From Octopus sinensis (taxonomy: Eukaryota): a stretch of DNA of 64,000 nucleotides. The stretch is from the NCBI RefSeq assembly GCF_006345805.1, contig NC_042997.1, positions 28,954,001-29,018,000 on the forward strand, read 5' to 3'. The notes beneath the pieces were generated by a model. That model made no database searches, had not been told where the DNA came from, and saw only the letters and a program-made list of their open reading frames with translations. Both the position numbers and the translations under genes were made by a program. Positions 1 through 11,945 of this stretch are shown in pieces; position 1 is the first letter of the stretch; the number at the start of each line of letters is the position of its first letter.

Positions 1-268
1 TGTACATTTTCTATTTTCAAAATTTGCAGTATTGACTACGCACCCCCGTCTCTTTTCTGTTTTTCCGTCCTACTTCCAAAAATTGACAGCTTGACAGGTA
101 ACCTAGCCCTAGTGAGAAAATGTGATTATTTGCAAATATGTTGATAATTATACAAGGAGGAGGGAAAGAGGAGGAAGAGAAAAAAGAAGAAAAAAGAAAT
201 GCGTTGTAATGAGTTGACCACATCATATTCAAAAGTATCCTCTCACTCACTCTCTCTCTCTTTCTGTC

Positions 269-507
269 AATATATATATATACACACACAATCATACACC
301 CCCCCACACACACATATATATATATATATATACATACATGTATGTATAGATACATATATACATATATGTATATATATATATATACATACATGTATGTATA
401 GATACATATATACATATATATATATATATGTATATATATATATGTATATACATATATATATATATGTATATACATATATATATATATATATATATCTATA
501 TATATAT

Positions 508-550
<43 letters not shown>
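269..550. repeat. (AT)n-rich compound microsatellite
   Basis: Visible AT/AC dinucleotide array; source of the YIYI-type ORFs. Confidence 0.95.
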
Positions 551-556
<6 letters not shown>

Positions 557-1118
557 TTCCACAGCCTTTGCGTTACGTTTCTTCCTCTTTCTTGATTGTC
601 TGAACCTATTCTCTGTCTATTTTCCCTCTCTTTGCTTTTCTTTCTCTCATTCGCACTCTGCCCCTCAAGACAGCAAAAATATTTTCTTGTCTTCTAAGTA
701 AAGCAAAACACATCCGAATCAAATAAACGAACAAGGGTATGTTCTGTTCTATCATTTTGATTTTGTCTTGTCAAGTTCAATAAATGAACGAAGGTTCTAA
801 TAAAGAATTATCCAAAATTCTGACTGCCTCCCTTTTCTATATATATATATACAGACGCACACACACATACACACACGCACATATATATGGATGGATGTAC
901 AGAAAACCGACAATTAATTACGACAACAAGGTTTACACGTGATCCGAGAAGAGCTTGCTCCAAAAATTGACGTGCAAATGACTTCTGAGCACACCAGATA
1001 CACTTGTAACCATAACGTGTAGTTCATAAGAACATACAACGTGACACAGAATGTGACAAGTTTGGCCATTTGAATTAGAGGTTCCAATCATTTTCGCTAA
1101 TTGAGTGATGTGGCGTAA

Positions 1119-1210
1119 CGTGAAATAAGTTTCTTGCTCAGGGAAACAACGCGCCGCTAGTAAGCAAATTTACGATCTTACGAACGTGAGCCGTGTAGCC
1201 TAATCAACTA
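1119..1210 (-). mobile_element. Decayed 5' fragment of tRNA-derived SINE (same family as 1299-1632)
   Basis: Reverse complement GCGGCGCGTTGTTTCCCTGAGCAAGAAACTTATTTCACG aligns to GCGGCGTGTTGTGTTCTTGAGCAAGATACTGTATTTCACG in the 1299 element. Confidence 0.7.
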
Positions 1211-1298
1211 TTAAGAACATATATACGTGTGTGTGTGTGTGTGTGTGCGTTCATGTATACACAATAATTGTACAGTTTATTTCATTCCTATTCAAATG

Positions 1299-1632
1299 AA
1301 AGCGCATAGCTCAGTGGTAAGAGCGTCGAGCTAACGATCGTGAGGTTGTGAGTTCGAATCCCGGACCGGGCGGCGTGTTGTGTTCTTGAGCAAGATACTG
1401 TATTTCACGTTGCTCCAGTTCACTCAGCCGTAGTAATGAGTTGCAACGTTACAGGTGTCAAGCTGTACCAGCTTTTGCTTTTCCCTTGGATAACACTGGT
1501 GGCGTGGAGAGGGGAGGCCGGTAAGCACGGGCGGCTGCTGGCCTTCCATAAACAACCTTGCCCGGACTTGTGCCTTGGGGGCGTAACTTTCTAGGTGCAT
1601 TCCCATGGTCATTCATAACCGAAGGGGATCCT
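1299..1632 (+). mobile_element. tRNA-derived SINE (family C)
   Basis: A-box AGCTCAGTGGTAAG and B-box GAGTTCGAATCC, followed by a ~250-bp non-tRNA body. Confidence 0.85.
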
Positions 1633-1677
1633 AGCATTAAAGGCCGAAGCCCCGAAATTTTGAGGGAGGTGATCAGT

Positions 1678-1764
1678 CGGGTAGTTCGACTCCAGTACTT
1701 GACAGGTACTTATCGACCACGAAAGGATGAAAGGCAAGTCGACCTCGGTGGAATTTGAACTCAG
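1678..1764 (-). mobile_element. SINE family B internal fragment
   Basis: Matches the GAGTTCAAATTCC..CGAGGTCGAC..GCCTTTCATCCTTTCG motif of the copies at 42608 and 53230. Confidence 0.8.
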
Positions 1765-2988
1765 GTGTCCGTTTCATTTCACGTAATATTTTTATTAGAT
1801 TTTTTATTTTTCGATATTTCTTTAGTTTTGCCTTAATCCAGTTTGACAAAGCTAAACAACAATTATAGAATATTTTCAAAGTTTACGCAACTTATATATA
1901 ACTTCTAGCAATTATCAAATATATGGCTTTAATTATAAACTTGAAAACGCGTAGAAATATATGTACGTGTATGGTACGGAGAGTGGAACTGCCTTAAAGA
2001 ATACATAGATAAAGATATATATATATATATTATATTATATTAATGCCTATATGAGCGTGTGCGTATGTGCGCGCGCCGGTGTATGCAGATTCTTATTTAC
2101 TTATGAGCTAATATATATTTATACATTCATACATAGATGCCGGTATATGTTTGTCTATGTGTGGGTGTATGTGTACATATAAATATACAAATGATATAGA
2201 ATTGTACGTTATGTAATTATAACTTTGTGAATAGTTTACCTACAATAATTAGTTTTAATATAATAATGTACATCATAAGACAAGAGCTTCAGTTAAGTAA
2301 ATACAATGCGAGTGAAATCAATCAGCGAATGGAATCTGAAACAAAGAAGAAAAGGCAAAGAACATTTTAATCGACAAATTATTATAGAAAAATATTTCTA
2401 CACTAAACTGGCATGTTCCAGCTGTCAAACCTTTATTTCAATGTCACTATTTCCTAAAATATATATACATATTACTATGAGTATGTACGTAAGCTTGAAA
2501 GTGCATGTTTAATGGGTAGAGTATTGCACTCAGTATAGCGAAAGAGTGGTTTCAATTTCTAGTCACTTCATTCTAGTTTGTTCTGTGATCACTTCGACAC
2601 CGTTCAGTATTGGTTTATTTCATGGAAGGAGTGAGCTAATGTATAATCATATACATACATTTCATCATTGTATACCAATAATTCGTGTGGGGCATTTGGC
2701 AAAGGCTGAACCTTCATACCTTCACATTCGACGCTACAGTCCATCATGTACTTAAGTATGTAAGACATGCTTATGCAAGCATGTATATGTATATATATAT
2801 ATATATAAACTAAGAGGGAGTGAGAGAGAGAGAGAAGAAACTTTTACCTTGCTGACTCAGTCGTAGGTAAAGTTCAAAGGGTCACTAAGTGTTTTCTATA
2901 CTAAAAGACTTGATCGCATCCGTTGTCCACACGCACACACGCTTATATATATGAGTGTGGGTGCCTATATACATACATACATACATAC

Positions 2989-3019
<31 letters not shown>

Positions 3020-3187
3020 AACATTGATTAGAGAACAAATATCAAATTCGAGTTTTTCAGTCGCTTGACACGCTTTAGTGATCCATTTTGATTACTTATT
3101 TTTAGTCGATTGTATATATTTTTTCCTGCGACGCTGTTCTAAATAATTGTATTTCAATGTGAATATATATTTGATACATTCTGACAT

Positions 3188-3188
<1 letters not shown>

Positions 3189-3280
<92 letters not shown>
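3189..3280. repeat. (AT)n microsatellite
   Basis: Visible array. Confidence 0.95.
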
Positions 3281-3282
<2 letters not shown>

Positions 3283-3536
3283 TATTATTAAAATTATAAT
3301 TTAGGTATCTTAGAGATAATACAACGCTGGAAATATCAGCGAAAAATTAACTCTAAAAATAAAAAATAAAATGTTCATACAGCACCAGAAGAGAAGGCAG
3401 ACAAAATAAAGTAGCAAAAAAATTACTGGATAATTCCAAATCACGGATTTCTGCCTCTGCATAAGAAACGCTTTGCCTCATCAGTGGAATATACACAGAC
3501 ATAAACACAAATATGTATATATATATATATATATAA

Positions 3537-3581
<45 letters not shown>

Positions 3582-4350
3582 CAGCATACGAATACGTATA
3601 TATATACGAACGTGTAGGAGTGGCTGTATGGTAAGTATCTTGTTAACGTACTTCACATGAGTCTCTGTTGTCAGTGTTGTGCACTGAAGAAGATAGCCGG
3701 CAGTGTTTAGCCTGCCAAAAGAAGCTGCTGCAAGGTAAGAGTTTTGTCTCTTGCGTCCAGTGGGGGTTGTTGTCTTGGGTTATATTTTTTACAAACAAGG
3801 TGCCCTCACTGGATTCAGGATGTTGGTCTGCTTGCGGTTCAGTTATATTGTTCGCACTAAGTGAGACCTTTTTTCTAATTGTGAGAAGTTCAGTTTGGGG
3901 GCGTATGCTTCAACCAAAAGTTGTTCACTTTTTAATAGGGTATGTTTTTACAATAACATTTACTATTTATTGGAAAGCTATATTTCATTAAGTGAAAAAT
4001 CTTTTCTTATTGTAAGAAGTATAATTTGGTGACGTATCCTGCCACCAAAAGTTGTTCGCTGTTTGTAAATAATGTTAATTTTTACAACTACGTTCACCAA
4101 TAATCTGAAAGCTGTATTTCAAGTGAAGCAGTGCAGGTTCTAATCGGAGTACCATAAGGCTTGGATTACCTGAATGCCCAGAAGATTTTTTTGCTGTGTT
4201 TTGCCGAACAGTTATTTTGTTGTTCTATTGTGACTTCTTATTGAACTGTTTCCTTTTTTTCTTTTTCCCTTTTGTTTCCTTTTGATTCCTCTGTTTTCTT
4301 TTTAAAATTTGTGAATTGTTTTGGACTTTTTTAACTCTTTAATTTAAAAC

Positions 4351-5070
4351 ATGACAAAATACGTATAAGATTGTAGAGGGAGAGATTGTCCTACATAAGG
4401 AGTGGCTCAGACAGGAAGAGGAGATGACGATGAAGTTGAGAGAGGTATACGAAGGTTCTTGACACCATTGCCGTCTTCTCCAAACAGATCATTGAGCAAG
4501 AGTGGCAGAACATCTACCAACGATTAAATATATCTCGAGGGGTGTCAAACATGCAACGGCATAGTTGCTGTTCGACACTCCGGAGGAGGTTCGCAGTTTT
4601 GCGAGCCAGCCGCTTGACGGTAAAGAAATTTTGTTTCTTCCCACTTGTTGCGGGGAAAAAATTGATGGGAGTTTGGTCCTATGGTTTGCCACCCAGAATT
4701 GAACCACATTAGATAGAGGATACTATACGTCTGGGTCTGGGTGGCAGCGGACCCAGGCTCCTCAATGTGAAAATTCTTCCTGTGGCTGATTGGGTTTGGT
4801 CACAAGCTGTTTGCCACTGTGGATCCAATGAGCCTGAATCTGGTTATGCCAGTTTTTTTTAAATGGCCGTGTGCAGGTATCATTGGTGGCAGTATACTGG
4901 CCATATAAAGAAAAAACTGTCCTCAGGAACAATGCAAAGTCCCGGAGCAGTTGATTGGGACCTCTGTACAAGAAGGAACGAAAGCGGCCGAGGATACGGA
5001 GGACTCCCCAAAGAAGGGCCGCAAGAGGAAGAAGGTGAGCAACAATGGGTGCTCACCGAAGTGTCATAAA
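4351..5070 (+). pseudogene. Decayed gag/ORF1-like remnant with probable CCHC zinc knuckle
   Basis: GC-richer coding-like island; frameshifted C..W.(Y)TGHIKK(N)CPQ motif near 4870-4930, followed by a charged tail; several stops and frameshifts. Confidence 0.4.
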
Positions 5071-5362
5071 TTTAAGCCTCAGTGTCATAATGTTAATTGT
5101 ATAATGTTTAATATTTATTGCATACTATTGTGTTTAAAAGGCTTAACGGCTCAATTCTTAAATGGACTATGGTTCATTACCTGTTTTTGTCTTTTTCTGC
5201 GAAAAAAGAAGGGAATAATGTTTTACAGAAGCAAAATATCGGCCGGCGTTTTTTGTCTTCTCCCATTAATATCACCCTTTATTCATCATTCACCTCATCA
5301 ATATCTTTGTCCAGCCCGCAAGCTACTCTGTATCATGCATTCATGGCAAAAGTTTTGAAAAA

Positions 5363-5727
5363 AAGTAGCTTGATTTTCATCCACTTGTTTCCGGGTGGCA
5401 CATTGGGCAAGTGTCTTCTACTATAACCTTGGGCCGACCAAAGCCTTGTGAGTGGATTTGGTAGACGGAAAGTGAAAAGAAGCCCGTCGTACATATGTAT
5501 GTGTATATATATTTGTGTGTGTGTGTGCCTGTGTGTCTGTGCTTGTCCCCCCAACATCACTTGACAGCCGATGGTGGTGTGTTTACTTCCCCGTAACTTA
5601 GCGGTTCGGGAAATGACCGATAGGATAAGTACTAGACTTACAAACAATAACTCCTGGTGTCGATTTGCTCGACTAAAGGTGGTGCTCCAGCATGGCCACA
5701 GTCAAATGACTGAAACAAGTAAAAGGG
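5363..5727 (+). mobile_element. SINE family A (tRNA head, internal AT/GT microsatellite, TAAAAG(AG) tail)
   Basis: Aligns to copies at 23670, 30068 and 46124 (GGCACCTTGGGCAAGTGTCTTCTACTATA...CAGTCAAATGACTGAAACAAGTAAAAG). Confidence 0.9.
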
Positions 5728-5916
5728 TATACATATATATGCACGTATACACACGACCAGTCTAAATTGCTCAACTAAAACTCCTCGTGCGATATGTTCA
5801 AAAATATCAGCGACGATATAACTATATATATTAAAAAATATCAGCGACGAAATAAATATATGAATTTATATAAATAAGGATACGATCGTTATCTAAAATC
5901 GATCTCATCGAGTGGG

Positions 5917-6002
5917 AATATATATATATATAATTATATATATATATTATATATTTATATTTATATAATATATATAATTATATTTATATAATATATATAT
6001 AT

Positions 6003-6069
<67 letters not shown>

Positions 6070-6416
6070 GTATATATATATATATATTCCTTGACTATGT
6101 TGAAGGCCATAGTAATCTTTATATATGATCAAATTTATGGAAGCGTGGTTTTATATAAAGTCGTTGACTGATATTTGTTGCTTGTTCTCTAATCAATTTT
6201 TTTTATCTCTGTCTCAATTTCATTTGAACACTATTTTTTTGCAGTCCTATAAATAATGTTGTCTCCATAAAAAGGGGCAATAATTATTTTTGGTCGTGTA
6301 TATAAAGCGGCGAAAATATTTTGGCAAATTAAATTTAAATGTTGAAGGGAATCTAATCGTTTTTATGTTTCTTAAATGGCTTATGAAAACCACACGCTGC
6401 AATTGTTGTATGTATA

Positions 6417-6494
<78 letters not shown>

Positions 6495-6650
6495 TATATA
6501 TGTAGATATGTATATGTATATATACGTATGTATATATGTAGTTCTATGCATATATGTATATGTGTGTTTATATATATATATATGTATATATATGTATCTA
6601 TGTATATATATATGTATGTATATGTGTATATATATGTATATAAATATATG

Positions 6651-6683
<33 letters not shown>

Positions 6684-6707
6684 GTATATATATATATATA
6701 TATATAC

Positions 6708-6801
<94 letters not shown>

Positions 6802-6805
6802 GTAG
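5917..6805. repeat. (AT)n arrays (5917-6090, 6410-6706) and (GATA)n (6707-6805)
   Basis: Visible arrays. Confidence 0.95.
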
Positions 6806-9239
6806 ATATGTGTCAACTTGGCGAATGTTTCTGCGTCAACTGTCCGTTCATTGTCGACAGACGTTAATCTTTGGTAACACCTTGACAAAATGTTTGAAGT
6901 TCTGCAATATAATTGGTCAAAACTTTTTTCTATTTGATTCCCCTTTTTGGGGTCCTTTTTCAACAGTGTCATCTCCTCTTGACTTACGGAACTATCAATA
7001 ACCTAGTTCTATTTCCCATAGCGGTAAATAGGTATCCATCAGGCGGCTTCTATTACTTCTTTTCTCAGAGCATGCATCTCAGTTCTGACAACGCAACCTT
7101 CGTGTTTAGCGTCGAAGAATTTGTCTTGTAAAGGACCAAGAGTTTTTATCATCGCCACTTCTAAATTTCAGTTTCCTTCTATTTTATTTGTTTCTCTCTC
7201 TAATACTTTACTAAACTTAATCGATTCTGCACTAATTGTCTGTTTTAGTGTGAACATCCATTTGCTATTGGCGACTACACCCGTCAAAACCTGCTTAATT
7301 AATTCTATAATCCGATCTCCGGAAACTTGGCACACCGAGAGTGCGCGCCAAACTTCCAACAACCGACTCTCTGCCTTCTGAGTCTATTTAAGTCGACCGT
7401 GCAGGTTACACATTTCTGGACTGTGTAGTTTATGATTTTAGAAGGTAGACAATTTATATTATCTTTATCTACTGGCCTAGAGAAAACATTGTCTAGATGA
7501 TACATGGATGATCCAATGCGATTTGTCCACGTTTACAATGACACATCCAAGAAAACCAGTTGGTACCTTTCAGACTGTTGGAAATGAAATGACTGAACAG
7601 TTTCCTGAGCCTTTTGCTACCCACATCCGCTATCCGCTAGCCCAACACAGCCCACCTGTTGCTCTAAGAGAGAGTTTCAATTGCTCTCTAACACTAAACG
7701 TGCAGACGTTCTCATGAAATTTTTCTCACGTCGAAAGAAGCCATATTGTCCTGTACCGACTGGTGCAGAAAAACTTCCTAACCTTCGTCATATGAGAAAA
7801 AACTCTTTATGGACTTGAAAAGTGAAGTTGACTCCATTCATCCGTTGGTTACTATGGTTGAATACTTCACATATTTCGCCGATATAAACTGAAGATCTCA
7901 GTGATATTAAATGTATATTTTATCAATTCATTAGGTCCATCGGATGATGTGACTATGAGAATTTCTCCTACAGGAAATGAGGACGGTCATGACTTCGGAC
8001 GGTAGCTAATGCCATATGAGATACTGCTGATTTAAAGTAGAAACATCATTGTAATTGTTTTCCACTTTTTAATCATACTGCATTGATGTAGCTTTTATAT
8101 TCCACAACTGTTACACATTGGTTTTCTCGCATTGGTGCTCAAGTGTAAGACTTTTCTCGTTCTATTTTAAACAAGACATGAATCGTTTATTGTTCAACTG
8201 CCCTTGCGATGCCTTGACGACGCATCTATCTCAATGTCAGTTTTTGACATGTATCCGTGTATTATAAAATATATTTGTTGCAATTCTATTATTTCATAGC
8301 ACCTGAATATCTTTATATATATAATATAATGTATGAGCTATAGAGATGTCCTCCAAAGTTTAAGATATATCCGGATTACAAAGAAACATACCAAAGCAAA
8401 ACACGTAATCTTATAGCAAAAGAATAATGATGGAAAAGTCGTCAAGGAATCCTCAAATATAATCAAAACACTTTAACAAACGTTAGCATTTCAAGATTTA
8501 TATACAACAAATATAAATTTGAAATGTCCTTCAGATACAAGTTCGAACTTTCCATTAAAACTTTAATGACAAGTATAGAATGTAAAGAAGAGCATTTTTT
8601 TTTTTATAATTTGAAATTCCTGATATTTCAAAATACATGCTGACAGAAACTTTGATATATTTGTGTCTGTAATTGTACAAGGTAAAATTGAAATTTCATT
8701 GGTCGGACTGGAAATACCTTAGTAAATGATTCAGAATAGATAAAAGAAAATAACGTAAATAAGAAGACAACCATTACTAGGAAAATACCATTGAGTAAGT
8801 ATAATAAGAAATTATTGAGAACAGCACATTGAATATGATTCTCTTTTATGAATGTTCAAACTGTCATTCAAAGAACTCTTGAAATACACATACACATTAA
8901 AAGAAAAAAATGGGGTTTTATCAGGATATTGACGTTCAAATAAAGTATGTACCTACGACCTTTGAAGACACAGAAATTACAACCTTGTTTCGCAAAACAA
9001 AAAAAGGAAAAACATCGCACTTTTAAATCAGGAATTATCTATAGCACATGAAAGTTCTAGATTCAAACAACAAACCGTGTTCAAATTTAAATTAATATAT
9101 TCCAACCGATTTTATATTTACTGATAGTGTGGTATCTTTTTTATTAATAAACAGTATTTCATTTTACTGACAGTAATCTTTTATCAATCTATCAATATAT
9201 TTATCATACACTTCCAATCATTTTTACTATAATATTGCT

Positions 9240-9294
<55 letters not shown>

Positions 9295-10989
9295 GTGTGT
9301 GCACGTGTGATTTCAGTTTGCTGGTGTATGCGTATGTCTATGTGTATATGTTAGTATGTATGTATATCTATATAACATTTTATAACTATTTACTATTCCA
9401 CAATATTGTTTCATATACAGTCACACATCAATATCCCCTTGATCTGAGTTAAAGCAATATAATAACCCGAAAGTATTTGTAATATTTGAAACGAAAACAG
9501 GTTTAATCTTGCGGTTTTGGCGAAGAAGATTAATTTGAAAATCTAAATACACACGGCGCAAAAATACGAGGGGTGTATTTAAGTGCATGTAATTATCAGA
9601 AGAAGCATATATACATTTATATTGTCTTGTGTGTCTATTTTCCTGTGTAGATTAACATAGTTTATATATGATGCAAAGGATCAACGATCTCAGAACATAG
9701 AAAGAAATAAGTGCATTTTGGAGGACGAAAAGAGATAGCGAAAATAAGAAATTGGTCCAACGTCATTCACAAAAAACAAAAAGCAAAGAAAAACAAAAAA
9801 GAAAACTGAGAATCCTGAAATATATATAAATGCATTGCATCAAATCAGACACAACGGAAATAGGTAAAGAAAAGTGAAAGTAAAAACTACTGGAAGTAAT
9901 ACTTTTCGGTTTTCAGTAATTGTAGCTTACAATTTTTGGATGTTTAACAGTTTGCTATGAGCCATAACAACAATAGCTTCAAAACCATTATCTAAAATTA
10001 TTTCAAGTATTACTAAACAGATCTACTATACTCTAGCTACATTATATATCGTTAATGATGATTTTATACTACAATTATTATGAAATCATAATAATGCTAT
10101 CAAACATAGTATTATGTAATTTATTTATCGGAGATCTGATGTATACGACTAGCAGCAACATTTCAATGACACTTATTGTATAAGATGTTGACATAAGATA
10201 ATTAAATTCTTAATGAAGCATGTCATTCTTCGAACGATACTTCATCTACCACAACGATCGTGCACCAATAAACATATACTTATTCTACAGGTATCAACTT
10301 TAATATCTTTTAATGTGCATGAGTTATTATATATATTTTAAATGTTTCCTTCTATAAAAGTAAAGAGCATAATTACCTTACAATGTATTCTTGCATGTAC
10401 TGTGATTGTCTTTGTGTGCGAGATGATAATAATAATTAAAGCTGTCATTTAAACTGAGAAAAACATTTGATTTTGATTGCAGATGGCATACTTGAATTCG
10501 TTACTGTTAAATCTATTACTGCTATATTTCCGATACTGAAACTCAGGAAGGCTTGTATCTTATACAAAAATATAGAGAATATGTATATGAACCATGTTAT
10601 GTTATATTCGTAGTTGATGTGTAGATAGTATTTGTTTTAAATATACGCTGCAACCTTTTAATTCTGTTTACGAGTAACGTTTACATGCTGAGAACTCGGT
10701 GACGGTGTTGTCTCAAAAAATTAGCCCTAAACAGACAAATCCGTTTCCTATTGTCAACGTTGAAGCTCGTCATGTCTCAAAAATTAATCTTGCCTGATTG
10801 ATCTACTTAGATATAGTTTAAGAATACCTAAAGGTGTCAAAGAAGAAAGGAGTACTGGGAATATGAAGGCAAGTAATATGTGCTTAAAAGGCGAGTAATT
10901 TTGAAGATCTAAAGACATTAGAAGACCAAACATCCAAGGTATGTTCTTTTTCACAATCCTGTCTTCTTCAGCTTCTCATGCCTTTATTC

Positions 10990-11945
10990 AATACTTTAAA
11001 GGAGACTGGAATTGAAAACTAATATTACAGAAAGGCAGTCGTAATTTTTACATATGTTTGAAGTAATATTAAATAGATGAAACATAGAACCATAGATACA
11101 CTAGCTGCATATAGTAGATGGGTTTGCGAAAGCTATGTATTTGACATTTAGTTTGAAAGATGCGTCAAGAATTTCTTAAGGAGAGGTTGGAGGGGTTGAT
11201 AGGTATATGACGAAACAGTGTAAGATAATTAAACAATTTACGGTTCCATAAACTAGACAGTGTACAACATATGTAGATAAAGAATCATGCTAGAAAAAAT
11301 ATCGTGGATGGATGAGATTAATACTGAAACAGAACTAAAGAGGAAAACTAGCTAAATGCATTACTATTTTGCTAGTGTAATCAATAATTTGTATATATAT
11401 ATATATATTATATATATATATATATATACATATATATATTGTCAATTGAACGCTACACAAAACTAACAGGCAACAGAGAAAGAATATTAATGATTTTCAA
11501 AATACACCACCTAAATGGAAACATAAGTTTCAGCCATCTCTCAAGTGAATGCTGTAAGATTGCATAAAAATGATGTTGGTGCATGCGTGTCTTTGTTTTA
11601 GATTAGTGACCTGTTATATCATCTGAGGTTGCAGACACGAGGTAGCAGATTGTAGAGGACAAACATTACATCAATGACTTTGCGATACCATTTGAAAGTA
11701 GAGATGATATTAAATAATATTGAGTAAATTTAGAATTGTAAGCCTAATTCAGCTAGAGACATGAAAATAGTGTGGAAGAGAATGGTGATATGAGTTTCGA
11801 TATCGACTGTGCTTTCGTTAGCCAAAATGTAATGCCAGAAGATGAAATCGTATGGGAATTCTACATTATCAATTTGCAGAAAATTAACACACTGTATTCA
11901 GCAAGGAAGTGTAATAGATGTTGCTGAAATTCAAAGAGTCTTTTT
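10990..11945 (+). mobile_element. Ancient R4/Dong-like LINE relic (RT thumb + REL endonuclease remnants)
   Basis: Degenerate motifs: F(S)LERCVK..RRG ~ FGLEKCAK; KKYRGWMRLILK.ELK ~ KEYYRRVRSILK; DFAIPFES..LARDMK.VW ~ REL domain; many stops and indels. Confidence 0.55.

Noticed and set aside
17-603. YIYI/IYIY-type ORFs here and at ~6.4, 23, 24.4, 25.6, 27.3, 42.4, 48.9, 50.4 and 60.2 kb
   Set aside because: Translations of (AT)n/(GT)n microsatellites, which contain no stop codons
1299-1375. Possible tRNA genes at SINE heads (also 14830)
   Set aside because: They continue into long SINE bodies and lack a proper acceptor stem; the 14830 copy has a TSD
6990-7900. Coding-like island, possibly a hAT relic on the minus strand
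   Set aside because: Only faint motif resemblance; no TIR or dimerisation motif could be confirmed
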